A DNA stretch of 63,179 nucleotides, filler included, from Bigelowiella natans CCMP2755 (taxonomy: Eukaryota > Protista > Cercozoa), in assembly GCA_000320545.1 (NCBI GenBank). It is 7 parts of 7 records of this genome, joined end to end, with 100 filler letters (N's around TTAATTAATTAA, not from the genome) between each part and the next. Parts side by side here need not be neighbours in the genome. Positions count along the whole stretch, not along the records: positions 30,318 to 44,065 come from ADNK01000909.1; positions 44,166 to 51,020 come from ADNK01003224.1; positions 51,121 to 59,021 come from ADNK01002030.1; 4 more parts are not named here. One strand, 5' to 3'. Position numbers and translations under genes: made by a program. Positions 37,999-51,376 of this stretch are shown here, in pieces; position 1 is the first letter of the stretch, and each line of letters starts with the position of its first letter. Under the pieces are notes generated by a model. The model did not search any database, was not told the DNA's origin, and worked only from the letters and a program-made list of their open reading frames with translations.

Positions 37999-39403
37999 CT
38001 ACTCCACTGGCTTTGTCGTTGCCATCGTCCAATTGAGGGATCCCTTTCCCACATTGAGATACATGCACAAATCATCTAGATCATAGCCTCGATACTCCCC
38101 GCGATGCGAGGCCAGGCCTTCGCTACATATGGGCTTCGCAATATATTGCAATCTGGGGGGTGACGTTCTGCCATCCACCACGTAATACCTGAGCGGATGT
38201 GCGGCCAAAGCATTCGTGAAAGCATCTGACATACTGTCGACCTGAAGAAAGTAAGGGTCCAACCAAAGGTCGATAGGAATTAGTATGTTAGGGAGTATTT
38301 GCATTGCTTTTGTTCTATTTTTTTTGTTTTTTAATATTTTTTGTATAAGGCTGATTTCATGACCACCCCTTTGTTACTGGAAGGATAGGTTGAAATTAAT
38401 TTTTACGTACATCGTTATAGCCGTTGCAATTACTACTACTCCTGCTGCTATTGCTATCATTAGCACTACACGGTTCTGAACATGAATGACCAGGATATCG
38501 CAGTTCTCAAGCTTCATCGCCTTTGCAAAGGCTGTTGCGCATCTGACCCGCTCCTTTAGGTCCGCATGCTGCTTGATCCGTACCTTCGTGCTCACCGGCC
38601 ACTCGTCTGCTGCATGTGCCTCAGCAATATAAACCACCGCAATCCGAAACTTCCGCGACTTCGTGATTTTCAGGGCAAAACTAGAGAGGCGCGACGCTAG
38701 GTCTTGAAATGGTGGTCAACTCCAGGAACCTGCGAATAGCACACAGCCTTCCTCCCCCTGTTGTAATATATGCTACGTGTTAACATGGTGACGTAGAACA
38801 GCCTCATCGAGCACTAAAAAACATATCAGCCTTCAACTACATCTCCACTCGCACCTCAAGCACTCATGGTTGTGGGCACCAATCCACCCCCCCTTGCCTA
38901 CCATTCGTCGACATGGTATTATTGCATACCCAAAAAGTGTATTTCTGGACTAACCTCAACGTAAGCTTCTAAGCTTGTTTCTTTAAGCGATTCCTGCTTT
39001 TGAAACCCACCTTCATCCCTCCTCCGTAGCATGTACAGGGGGATCTTAGGGAGGGAAGAACCAACCTTCAGAGGGCAGGGTCTTGCCCTATCGTACTTAA
39101 CGTGAATTAGCTTCGCCAGAAACTCTTGCATTTCCTTGTCGTCATCACGAATGGCCCTCCCCCTCACGGTGAAGACCTGCTCCAGCGCGTCATAAAGGTC
39201 TATACCGTAAAGCCCCATCTCACCTCTTAGCACACGAACGTAGAGGTCGTGTGTGACTTTGATGATCCATGCTTGATCTGCTGCCCCTTTGAGCGAGTAG
39301 AGATTTAGATACTCCTCAGATGTGCGGAGTTCATTTGCTTTCCACAGCACGCGTTTCAGCTTGGCGCGTGTCAGGGGGAACGGACGACGTTGGGTGACAG
39401 AGG
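37999..39403 (-). CDS. Iodothyronine deiodinase-like selenoprotein (thioredoxin fold; Sec UGA at 38716-38718)
   Basis: Exons 39403-38955, 38757-38491 and 38241-37999 give ...HVKYDRARPCPLKVGSSLP...VLFAGSWS-U-PPFQ...VVYIAEAHAADEWPV...VDSMSDAFTNALAAHPLRYYVV..., matching deiodinase GSxxUPPF, YIxEAHxxDxW and VDxM motifs. Confidence 0.88.
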
Positions 39404-39468
39404 CTGGACAAAGATAGTGGGAAAAAACAGTCGATCAAACAGAAATTATATGTTTAAATCCGACTGAC

Positions 39469-39807
39469 ATCATTCTGAGATCTTCTCTTTCGACAGGAGG
39501 ACAGTTGTTTTAGCGTGTTTTGAAGATAGCCCTCCCTTCGAATAGGCAACTGCAGTAACGAGGATAACTCTTCCTTTTAACATTTCCGCTTTTATTGCCA
39601 TCGTAATACTTTGTGGGGTTCCATCTGTGGCGATCCCATCCTTAAAGTCCTCAAAAATAAGTGTCGTAGCACCAACTTCATACTCTGGACAAGCTGAAGC
39701 GAGAACCTTGTCCCTTGTCTGTCGGATAATAAATAGTACACGTATACACAATGACTTTCCAGATTTGACGATAAATTCAAAAAATCCTCTCATTCTCTCG
39801 ATCTCTC

Positions 39808-39878
<71 letters not shown>

Positions 39879-40206
39879 TGCAGTAGTTATCTTAGAAACT
39901 GTCTCTAGGTACTGCCATTACAACCTGCTCATCTTTGCACCCAATCACAGCAATTCGTATGAAATCAATTTTATCCAAGTCAATACTGCCTTCTTTCTGC
40001 TCCTTCGTGGGTTCCTTCAGCGTAACACAGAACTTTACTTCCAGTTTTCCAGCGTCGCTTTGCTTTTCATCATCCGTCGATGCGTATTGCAAGGTTGCAG
40101 ATATTTTAGTGGGAGTGTTCGGCGGTTGCAACACATGACCTCGGTTGCGGCCCCGTATGTACCTTCTGGTACCATCTTTCCCAGAGACAAAGGAGAGCAT
40201 CATCAT
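39469..40206 (-). CDS. Upstream exons (beta-sandwich/FN3-like) that appear to splice into the deiodinase-like gene
   Basis: Exons ~40206-39925 and 39718-39469 are in frame with each other (PPNTPTKISATL...VTAVAYSKGGLSS); fold call is inference. Confidence 0.45.
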
Positions 40207-40820
40207 CTGCAAAAACACAAGCTTAAAGCACAGGATACAAAGTAATTTGGGGGGAACCTACGTAAGCAACAGGGAGGCAACCAGACTCTTCTCGGAAGCT
40301 TCCGAGAAGAGTCGGAAAAACATCGGAAAACCGGCTGCATTCCCAACGCAAATGCCCACATTCGATTGTCGCAGTTCCATAACCACAAAAAGATATCTTT
40401 CTTCCGAGGCTCAACCTCACCAGCACAAGTCCGATGAAAGGCCCTGCAATTTCCATTAAGAATTATACGATTTTGTTGTCGCAACTTCGAAATTCTGTCT
40501 TCTATTGCTCGAGCACCCGTACCATTCTTAGGACGATGGCGGTGCAAGCATATCAACATAAACTTCGATGTTTCACTGCATATAATTATGATTTCTGCAC
40601 GAATCCTCTTAGATCTAAGCTCACATTTGTTTAATTTAGTGATATATTTTGTTTTTGCCAAACAGGCATGCCCAGCATGCACCTTTCTCAACGATATTGG
40701 TGGGTTCGAAACATATTCGTTCGAAGCTTGTTGAGTATCAAGATTTAGAAAGGATGAGGACTGAATGGTTGAACACAACTTCGATTCCAACGTTTATGCG
40801 TGTCTTTCTACGTCTTTCAG

Positions 40821-43342
40821 GGGCTACTCATTGTTCTGTGTGCGGTACTGCCTTACCTGCGCCCCAGCAAAATGAACGAGGTGGAGGAGGAGGAGGAGGG
40901 GATGGAAACGACGGTGGCGAGGGAGGAACTGTTCAATGTCCTGTGTGCGAGGGCTCCTTCCCAGCGAGGTAGAATCATGAGCGAAATTGAAGGGGAAAAT
41001 GGAGGATTATGTATCTTCTGAGAGATTTAATTACTACCTTTTCTCCCTACTCCGAAAAAATATCAGCGCAATCGAATTGCACGTAGCCATGTGCTTGGAC
41101 CAAGGTATTTTGAGCTCTTTCGATTAATCTTTTCAGTAACTCGTCCCTAATTGTTTCACCCTCCTTCTTCTTGTTCTCCGAAAAAATCTACAGGCCAGCC
41201 ACAGAGGCCTTCAGTACCTCAGGGGGTATCGTATCATCGTCACCATTCTCACCCAGCACTTTCTTTTCGTAAATGCTAATACAGAAAGCGTCTTCGTTGG
41301 TGCATCAGCACATACACTCAAGACTATCCTCGTTTCAGATACTCAATATTACGTGTTTGCTGCTGCTTTTTCAACAAGGTTCCCGACTTCCTGCGAAGAC
41401 CTTCCCTGAACCGCACGAGGAGCGACGAGGTTGGCATGCTTTCACACTGTTAGGAGGCGAAAACGAGATAGATTTGCGAGAGAGTAGCTTCCTCTTTACT
41501 TCGTTAGCATAAAATGCCCCAAAACGTGCCATGCGCTCTTCCAATCTTTCGTCCTATCGTTCACTGCTGTGGATGATAAAATGGCAACCTAACCAGGTGT
41601 ATGTGGATATGACGAACAAGGACTTTCTGACTCATATCAGGTTGTTTCCCGCCCATTTGACATTCAATTTTAGCTTTCCATGCAAGGCTTCCGATCGATT
41701 GATATCACACGAAGTAACCATGATCCCCTCGCCTTCCATATTTCTGCTTCTGAAATCAACTCTTAGAGACGGCGGCGATTTCGATAAGATAATGGGCGAT
41801 TCGAAGGAAGGCGCTTTGATCCGTGCATCTAGGTAGTAGAGTGTGAAGCTCGTTATACCATCCTGCAGCACTTACCTATACTTGTTGTTCTTCTAGATTC
41901 GGAAAGAAGGACATTGTGGAAGAGCTAGTTAAGCGGAATGCCGACGTCAACCAGATTAATGTTGCGGTACTATTGCTGCTGATCTGCTGCTGCTGCTACC
42001 ACCACCACCACCACTGCAAAATAGCTCTTTTATCGCACAATTCATACGCTCCATCTACTGCTAAATAGTAGCAGAAGTACCAAAGTCTCATTGAATTTAT
42101 GATCAAATGAAAGTGGCATGGATTTGAAGAAATATGCTTACTGATAGAACCGTTGTTGTCGGCGACTATCACGTTGTGATCCACATGACTGTTGTCGGCC
42201 ATCTCTCACAACCTTTCCCGCTGTTCCTGTCGTAGGGCTCCTCCCCTCTCATCGCAGCCTCGATGCGCGGGAACTTGGAAATCTGCAAATATCTCGTGGA
42301 GAAAAAAGGTATTTATTGATAATGGCAGTCGTAGACTCATTCGTTTTTGGCACATTATCCTGCATCATCAAGCAGTAAATCAACTTTACATGTATGCCTC
42401 TAATCCCTTCTCGCTATGTATTTGCTCGTCATTGTTGTTGTTGTCGTTGTGTGCTTGTGTGTTTTTGTTGCAATTATTTAGCAAATGTCTTGCAGAGAAC
42501 AAAGCAGGCAGATTCAGCGCTATCTCTTGCAGTAATTGATTCGATAGATTGATTAATTTTCATAATGACGGCTCCTCTCCCTCGTGAATACATAATAGAA
42601 GAGCGTTGCATAATAGACCCACCATTACACCTCTCCCCCTCCCCTAAGGTGTGGAAAAAACACGAGGAAGTAGCGATCCTGCTAATTGAAGCAAAGGTGA
42701 TATTTACTGCCCTGCTGGCTGATGTTTTTGCATTACGGCAGAGGTTTATGTGTAGGAGAGCGGCAATGACGCTCACATAGAATTGCGACAGCGGTGACGA
42801 CAGCAACGGCATGAACGATGGTGCCGCGATAATGCATATCACTGCAGTTGATCATTTGGTGTGGTAACAATGTAGGCTGACATTAAGAACGTGGATTCGT
42901 TTGGTGACACTGTACTTAACGACGCCGCTAAGAACGGGTTAATAGTAGTAGACAAAAACAATTCTTTTCTTTTTGGCGCAAATATGTTGCTCCATCTCTT
43001 GCTATTGGTTCTCCCTCTGGCGCTACAACAACAACAACAACAAGAATTACCACCACCACCACCACTACTACTACACTACGACTACTACTACTGCCGCTAC
43101 GACTACTTATTGCTGCATTAGCTACTGATACCCGCACAGTCTAAGGATTGTGACATTGAACGATAGACTGAATAATGCCCCCTCATAATGCTAGCATGAT
43201 TTTTGCTATGCTGGTTCTTCTTAATCCCACATATTCCCTCCTCCTCCTCAAGGATGCTGAATCTAGCTCGGAAACTCGTTGAGTTGAAGCTTAATGTCAA
43301 TCACCGGAACAATGAGGTAGGTCGTCGATAATCCAGTCAAGA

Positions 43343-43375
<33 letters not shown>

Positions 43376-43728
43376 GATGAGGATATAACACAAAGAAAGA
43401 GAAGAAGAGAAGAAGAAGAAGAAGAAGAAGAAGAAGAAGAAGAGAAGAAGAAGAAGAAGGGGGCAGTCTATCGAGAAATAAAGAAGGCGATAGAAAGGAG
43501 GAAACCTCGCTCATGATACTGCTTATGCTGCAGCGAAGGGTGTTCCTCGTGGGTGTTTCAGTCATAACCAACATCTCCATTTCAGTAGTCCTTCCTTCTA
43601 TATGAGACCATTCCATCATCTTTCTCTCTCTCTCCTGTTTATTCGTTCTGTAGGGTTTCACCCCCATCCACATGGCGGCTAGAGAGGGTGAAGCTTTGGT
43701 AATTCCGTTCTTGCAGAAGGTAGTAGCT

Positions 43729-43764
<36 letters not shown>

Positions 43765-43925
43765 TGCTGCTGCTGCTGATGATGATGATGATGGTGGTGA
43801 TGGTGATGGTGATGGTGACGATGGTGCCTTAAAGCTAGATGGAGATTTAATATTGGGACTTAACGGGAAGATGTATTTCTATTATAATAGTCCGGAGGGA
43901 AAGTAGATGCACGAGACAAAGGAGG
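40821..43925 (+). CDS. Zinc-finger (CxxC pairs, UBZ-like) plus ankyrin-repeat protein, truncated at gap
   Basis: HCSVCGT; VQCPVCEGSF...IELHVAMCL; ankyrin exons GSSPLIAASMRGNLEICKYLVEK, FGDTVLNDAAKNG and GFTPIHMAAREG. Confidence 0.8.
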
Positions 43926-44065
43926 TAGTACCTTCACATCAGAGGGAAGGAGTTGGCACACACACACACACACACACCACGATGATGACATCAGGATACT
44001 GTGTTGCATGAACTATACTCCTCACCCCCCCCCCACACCCCCTCTGCTGCATACAAAAAATGGCT

Positions 44066-44165
44066 NNNNNNNNNNNNNNNNNNNNNNNNNNNNNNNNNNN
44101 NNNNNNNNNTTAATTAATTAANNNNNNNNNNNNNNNNNNNNNNNNNNNNNNNNNNNNNNNNNNNN
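44066..44165. other. Artificial 100-bp linker
   Basis: N44-TTAATTAATTAA-N44. Confidence 0.97.
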
Positions 44166-44259
44166 CTCCTTTACCATCAATCTTACATGTCCACCCTCTG
44201 TCGTATCGTACTACTGCCACTATAACTACTATTTCACGTCAATCAACAAAAATGTACCC

Positions 44260-44296
<37 letters not shown>

Positions 44297-44944
44297 CATG
44301 CTGAAACGATAGTACGACATTTGTTCAGGTGCCGTAAATCCTCTTGATTGTGATTTTGGCTGGGGCAAGCTTGGAAATGAAACAAACAACTATAATGTAG
44401 GTGTTTCCTTCTTCCAACTCTCTTAGCCTGTTATGTTTCTTTGGGATTGAAGGGCCTATATAAACGCTCTCTCTCTCTCTCTCCCAGCATCTCCTTTCAA
44501 AATACATATCTGCCAGTGTGTTTTTATACAAGCAAATATTTGGACAAATGGAAATGTCGTTGGTCCTTCATTTATCTGTGCTCCTATTTTCTTCAATAAT
44601 ATGCATTTTAGCACTCACGCTACTCACATCCGCATGCAGCACGAAGACCCTTACGTTGTGTCTTGATAGTCTGATAGTGCGAATAAATTCTAAAGTATCA
44701 TATGCGAATAAATTTGAAAATTTAGTGTCGATATGAGGAAATAGCCTGCAGTTGTACATGGTCACCTACGGTATCTCCAAGTGTAACGTCGGTTCGATTG
44801 GTGAGGCAAACAACTAATTCTTTTCATCGTAAAACGATAGGCAGACTCATATGCATTAAAAATCAATATTGGTACTCCCACGAGCGTGCAAAGGGGGGGG
44901 AGGGGATGGGGTGGGGACATAATCCCTTCTTGGCATGAGTATAG

Positions 44945-45171
44945 ACACAAATAAGGTGGCTGGCGGGCCAGGAGATGGCATCAGCAGCGGCCGAGTAGAA
45001 GTCTTTTACGACGGACAGTGGGGCACTGTGTGTGATGACGGGTTGGTCGCCCCAAGAAATGACAATATAAACACATTACAACTGTAAAATTGTTCGATAT
45101 ATAATGATAAAGGGATGTGATTGAGAGTCAGCATGAACTTTTAAAAGATAGGTGTTATGTGGAAGAGAGAC

Positions 45172-45218
<47 letters not shown>

Positions 45219-46589
45219 GACAGAGAGGGAGGAAGAAAAGAAAACGGCAAAAATCAGCAGTACGTATGACTCAGAGTGAGAGATCGAATAGTGCTCTACT
45301 TTGTTTACTGTAATACTTCATCACCAATTTACAATTGTAAAAATCAAAACATCAGGTTTGAGTGGCGTGAGGCAACAATCATATGCGACACTCTCGGTGA
45401 CTACCTGCCCTGCCTGTATCCCCCCCCTCCCCCCCCGTCCGTCTCTCGCTTTCTTTCTCTGTTACGTACACACACGCGCGCGCGCGCGCACACACACACA
45501 TACACACAGCACTGACCTCTGCCTCCATCTATCACTCAGGCTACCCGAACTCTGGTGTGGCTCACGGCGGTGCCTACTATGGGCAAGGAGATGCTTCTCA
45601 GCCGATTCTGCTCGACGATGCAAACTGTAATGTTACGAGGGATACCCACCTACTGCTCTGCGATGGAAAATGGGGACAGTACTCAGGCAATTGCGGTCAT
45701 CACGAAGATGCAGGCGTTGATTGTCTCCGAACTCCAGCGCCGGTCACGATGGCACCGAATACGGATGCCCCAACTATCACGTGCACCCCTACACGTGTAC
45801 CAACGGAAACGAGAGCACCTTCCTCCTCTCCGACGATAACACCAACGAGCGCGTCACCGTCACGAGCGCCGAGCCTTCCAGGCGCCACGCTGAATCCCTC
45901 TGAGCAACCTTCATCTGGAGCACCTACGACGTCACCGTCCACCATGCCTACCACGCTCTCGCCGACAGATGCGCCCTCATCTCAAGCGCCATCAACGATG
46001 CAACCAACTTTCCAGCCTACCACGATCGTACCTACCACATCGCCTGCGACAAACGCTCCTACCACATCCCCTTCCACCGTCGGCCCATCTACGCATGCAC
46101 CTACCCGAAACCCTGTCTTCACTCATTTTCCAACCGAATCTCCTCAAACCATAGCGCCATTGACCGTGGGGCCGTCTGTGTCACCCGCTACGGCTGCCCC
46201 GACGACTTTGATCCCAACGGCATGCCCGTCTGTTTCACCAACATCAGACTCTCCAACGCACTCGCCGACTTCGAATGTTCCAACCACTTGCACACCGACT
46301 ACGTCGCCAGAAACAACTTTGCCCACAGCGTCACCGACGACGGTTGGACCGACAGCGTCACCAACGGAGACAGAATTGGTTGTTGCGGGAGGGGCGGGGC
46401 CAGCTCCTACGGTAGTTTGTATTATCTTCGGACATTTACAATACATCAATTATTTTCTCTCCATGATCGCATTTCCTTCTTGCTTTATCCATAAAACGCA
46501 ATCATTTATCAGCTGGTTGTAGAAGCGGCGCAGTATTGGAATGTGGAATGCATCGCTCTATCTTCTCTCTCACTATTAATATAAATAAA

Positions 46590-46663
<74 letters not shown>

Positions 46664-47123
46664 ATTTGAAGCTAAAGTGTTTTCATTCTATTCTGACTAC
46701 TTTCAGTTAATCATCGGTGCCATAGTTGGGGTCATAGTGCTGCTCTGCTGTTGCTGTGTAAGTGGCTTCCAATTTTTCACATCATCTTCAACATCTATCT
46801 GCTGCATCCACACATAATAAATAATAAACATACTGACACTTCAATGTACAGATTCATCAGAACTGACGATGTCACATCTATCCACGCCAATTAAGATATC
46901 ATTTGAATATTTTTGGTGCCAACGTTCCTCTAGGCGTTCTTCTTCTGTCGGCGTAGAAGATCAGCAAAGCAGGAGAAAGCAATCAACAAATTGAAGGGAA
47001 GTCAACTCCAAATTGCAGAGGGCATCATCATCGATGTGAGTCATATCATAAATAAACAAATAGATAGGAGAGAGGAAAAGAGAGGGGGGGGGTAGGGGGG
47101 GTAGAGAGAGAAGGGAGAGAGAT

Positions 47124-47191
<68 letters not shown>

Positions 47192-47213
47192 ATAGAAATA
47201 ATATACACAATAT

Positions 47214-47289
<76 letters not shown>

Positions 47290-47474
47290 TGTACTTGATG
47301 CAGACGTCCGACACGAAGATAGGAGGCATCATGAACATGGGGGGTAGTAGTTTGAACAACACTGGTACCTCGCAACAATACATGGGTGGTGCTTCCATAG
47401 AACAGCTGGAGTTGGCAGACGTGCGGATCGGCATGTCCACTGATGATACTGGCCAATCAGCGCAACGTATTTAG
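44945..47474 (+). CDS. SRCR (scavenger receptor cysteine-rich) domain + Pro/Thr mucin stalk + single TM receptor
   Basis: SGRVEVFYDGQWGTVCDDG|FEWREATIICDTLG|...YYGQGDASQPILLDDANC...NCGHHEDAGVDC; PT repeats 45730-46370; TM LIIGAIVGVIVLLCCC. Confidence 0.85.
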
Positions 47475-48687
47475 TTGGAAACATGCAAACATAATCAAGT
47501 CAACAACAAAAGGAATGGGCGTTGCGTTCTTCTTGCCCAGTGTGGTGATCACGATATTTATTTCAATGCTACTTTAAGGCGATTCTTGCTGAAAACACTC
47601 CTACTGGCCTGATTCTTTTACGGGAGCAAATAATGCACATTTGTCGTTACAAAGACGGTTTTTTTCACGACATGCATGGTGAATGACTTGTCATCTACGA
47701 ACGTCGGCGCAAACGTGCGTTTCGCGTTCTGTGGGCAGCAGCTGGAGAGCTCAAAACGCTTGGAGATGTTTGTGTTTCCCTTCTTCCTAGATTTATTCTG
47801 GCAGTTTGTCCTTGCTCTTTATCTTGCGAAAAATGTATACTATGTGACAGTTGTGAATTTCCCCAGTGAAATGAGGCATGCGTCATCCGACGATTTGCGG
47901 CGATGACAACTCTCCCTCCTAGCTAAACATGTCATTCATCTCATTGTAGCGTCGCCAGCGGTAATACTGAGAAAGCAACACGAAAATCATATCCCTGCTG
48001 CTAGCAGTAAGGCTGGCTAGCTGGGCAGAACACGTAGACACAATTCTTGCGCGCAATGACGGCGTATCATGGTCATCTTTTTCTCAGCGCCTTGCGTGTT
48101 GCTGATTTTCATACTAGATATTGTTGGAATGCGCTGCATGATATATACTGGAAGTCGAGAGGAGCTAGGTGCACGTGACGCCGATGCAAACAAGCTACTC
48201 GACGCCACGTACACAGAAGCGCCGCCTTGTTGCATGCTCAGCCACATACACATGTTACACATGCAATGCAATCTGTGAAGACAAATCGTAGCCTATAGCA
48301 GTCACATTATGCAAAGAAATGTGTGCTACCAAGGCAACACACACATTGCTCACAGCCACATCTCTTGCATAGTTGTAGCGCTACGCATGTAGCATCTACG
48401 TGTATGCGTATGTGTGTTGTGTGTGCATGGGACGGCTATGTATGGACGGTAGACGCAGCTAAACATTTGCTTTAATTTTTTTTCAATGTTGATCTCGCCT
48501 TGTGAATGCTAGCTTGCAAATGACACATTATGTTCATGTAGCCACGTATTTGAAATCGTACTGTTAGACTGGCCCGTTTTCCAGTATTCGTGCATGCTAG
48601 CATACTAGCATATTTATACATGTTTGATGCCACAATGGACACACGCATGCATGACACATCTAATGCACACAACATTTGTGAACATAT

Positions 48688-48775
48688 GCTGTGTCTATGG
48701 TTGCTCTGCATCCATAGCTACATTGGGATGATCATTGAAAAGATTTGATCATATCATCCCATCGATCCGTCTCAT
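48688..48775 (+). mobile_element. Degenerate LINE 3'-end copy
   Basis: catagctacattgggatgatcattgaaaagatttgatc...atccgtctcat is similar to the reverse complement of 2755-2830. Confidence 0.65.
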
Positions 48776-48851
48776 TTGTACGATGCGGTGGCGGCCATGT
48801 GCATGGCAACTTGGCAGTTGTGCATGCATGTGTGCGAGTCAGGTTCTGTTG

Positions 48852-48891
<40 letters not shown>

Positions 48892-48907
48892 TATACATAT
48901 ATACATC

Positions 48908-48984
48908 AGCGCTGTAGCCGCTGCATTGCACAGCTACATCAGGATGACCATTGAAAAAATTTAATTTGTTCATTACATCCGTCT

Positions 48985-48990
<6 letters not shown>
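48908..48990 (+). mobile_element. LINE 3'-end copy flanked by (CA)n/(TA)n microsatellites
   Basis: agcgctgtagccgctgcattgcacagctacatcaggatgaccattgaaaaaatttaa...cattacatccgtctcacat; encodes SAVAAALHSYIRMTIEKI*, like the ORF2 end. Confidence 0.9.
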
Positions 48991-49022
<32 letters not shown>

Positions 49023-49193
49023 CATTTGCATAGATAAATATGCGACCAAAATAGAAACGATTTGCAAATAAAACGATGAGTCTTTATTACTCGTTCAAAC
49101 TATAAAACACATGCATCAAAAGAACATCTCTGTTGCAGGTAAGTTCCCGCAGTAGCTGTGATGATGATGATGGCAAGGAGACGCTCAGGCAGC

Positions 49194-49228
<35 letters not shown>

Positions 49229-49239
49229 TGCAGCCAGCC

Positions 49240-49271
<32 letters not shown>

Positions 49272-49274
49272 GAT

Positions 49275-50085
49275 CTATCTTCTCTGTTTCTTTTTCTTCT
49301 TCTTTGGCCCCCCTCGATTCTTCTTCTTGGAGTGTCCAGAAGATGCAGTGGAACTACTGTTAGCAGTAGTTTGAGAAGAACCTGCTGCAAACTCATCCTC
49401 AAGCTTTCTTTTCCGACCTCCTCCTCCTCCCTCCCCTCCTCCCTTGCCCATAGCTTTCAACGCCTTTTCGCGGCGCAGAGCAGCTAGTTCCTCCCGCCCC
49501 TCGGCATCCTATCATAATGATGGGGAATGGATCAGACGGCGACGACGATGATGATGATGATGATGATGATAATGATGCTATCACCCATGGGAGGAGGAAG
49601 AGGAGAAGGAGATTAATTTCCATTGGATATTAGCTCCGTGCAGCATTGTAACATGCATTGGAAAAGTGATTTAAAGGCTCATACGGCTTTGATCTCTCCG
49701 AGAAGCACGCAAGTTATTATATGATTATATTGCATTGTGTGTTATACTCGTGGGTCGTCACCTCGCTCTTGCTTTCAGTTGCTGACTTCATTATATTAAC
49801 GAATTCGTCTAAGTCGGCGACATTATCAATGGCACTTCGTTCCTGCTCCTTCTTCTGTGTTACAAACAAATTATTGCTAAAATAAGACAAGTGCTGGTGA
49901 TACAATGATCATTGATAGTTTTCTCTCCTTCTCTTCCTCCTCGTCATCATCATCATAATCATCAACACTATCATCATACCTTTCGCGCAGCTTTTTCCTT
50001 CCTTTTCTCTTGCAAACGCACAAAGTTGTCCTCCTCAAATTTCTCCCTATACACACACAAACACACACACACACACACACATACA

Positions 50086-50121
<36 letters not shown>

Positions 50122-50238
50122 GGAACTTGAGGTGGTGTAATGTTTGCAGTATCTCCTTTAATAGTCCTCCTAACTCCTGCTGCTACTGCTACTGCTACTG
50201 CTGCTACCACCACACTGAGATGTAGTAGCAGCCAGTAA

Positions 50239-50275
<37 letters not shown>

Positions 50276-50431
50276 GCATATGTAACTACTACTACTACTA
50301 CTACCTCTGAACCAATTTAGCATCTATTTCGTCGTTGCCACCGCCACCGATATCAACCTCTTCGGGCGCAGTTGATAGCATTTCCTTCATCGTCTGTTTA
50401 TTTGTTATCATTTATTTGTAACAGTTGTCTA

Positions 50432-50472
<41 letters not shown>

Positions 50473-50790
50473 TGCTAGTATCGCTGAGTGTTGCTTGCTC
50501 GGCGTAATGATGATGATATTCCACCACTTCTCTTTCTTCTACTACTACTACTACTACAACTGTCTGTGTTAACTCCGCCTACTCACTATCAGCATTGTAT
50601 ATGATGATGCTGATGAGGGAAGCAAGTGGTGGTAGTGGTGGAAGTTAATGCTTGATGATGATGATGATGAAGATAATGATGATGATGATGGCACCTTGAT
50701 CACAGCATTTGAGGCTGCTTTCTCCCTCATCTTACGAGCACGCTTGGCCTTTTTCTTGTCTTTTTTGTCCTCTGTTGCCATTTCCATGGG
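49275..50790 (-). CDS. Neuroguidin/Lcp5-like (Sas10/Utp3/C1D family) C-terminal exons
   Basis: KAASNAVIK|TMKEMLSTAPEEVD...EKFEEDNFVRLQEKRKEK, plus a basic C-terminus. 5' part lost at the gap. Confidence 0.55.
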
Positions 50791-51020
50791 GTTGACCTTT
50801 GTAACAGCAACAATAATGTAAGCATTGAACGATAATAAAATAACAACAGGGAGTAGTACTGAGAGACTGATCGTCCGCTCTGTCTCCCCCCCCCCCCCCA
50901 ACCGACTAAAAGTGCTTCTGTTTCTGCTACAGCCATCTTTGCCGACTGCATGATCCAATCATGCACACACAAGTTGTATCACGGCTTTTAATCAATTTCT
51001 GATTTTTATCAAAAGGTCTA

Positions 51021-51120
51021 NNNNNNNNNNNNNNNNNNNNNNNNNNNNNNNNNNNNNNNNNNNNTTAATTAATTAANNNNNNNNNNNNNNNNNNNNNNNN
51101 NNNNNNNNNNNNNNNNNNNN
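51021..51120. other. Artificial 100-bp linker
   Basis: N44-TTAATTAATTAA-N44. Confidence 0.97.
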
Positions 51121-51224
51121 GGTCGCGCGCTCACAGATTCACTTTCAAATGCACTTATATAGAGGCATTATGATCTCCCCCCCCCGTCCCTCCAACTCGT
51201 CTCTCTTCTTCTCCTCCGCGACAG

Positions 51225-51329
51225 GTGCTGGTAGTCGCGCACAACGGAATCATCAGGATCTTGTGAGTAGCAGCTTCTTTGCGTTAATCTTGTTGCTGAA
51301 AATGAGAATGTTTTTTTAAGACGATATAA

Positions 51330-51376
<47 letters not shown>

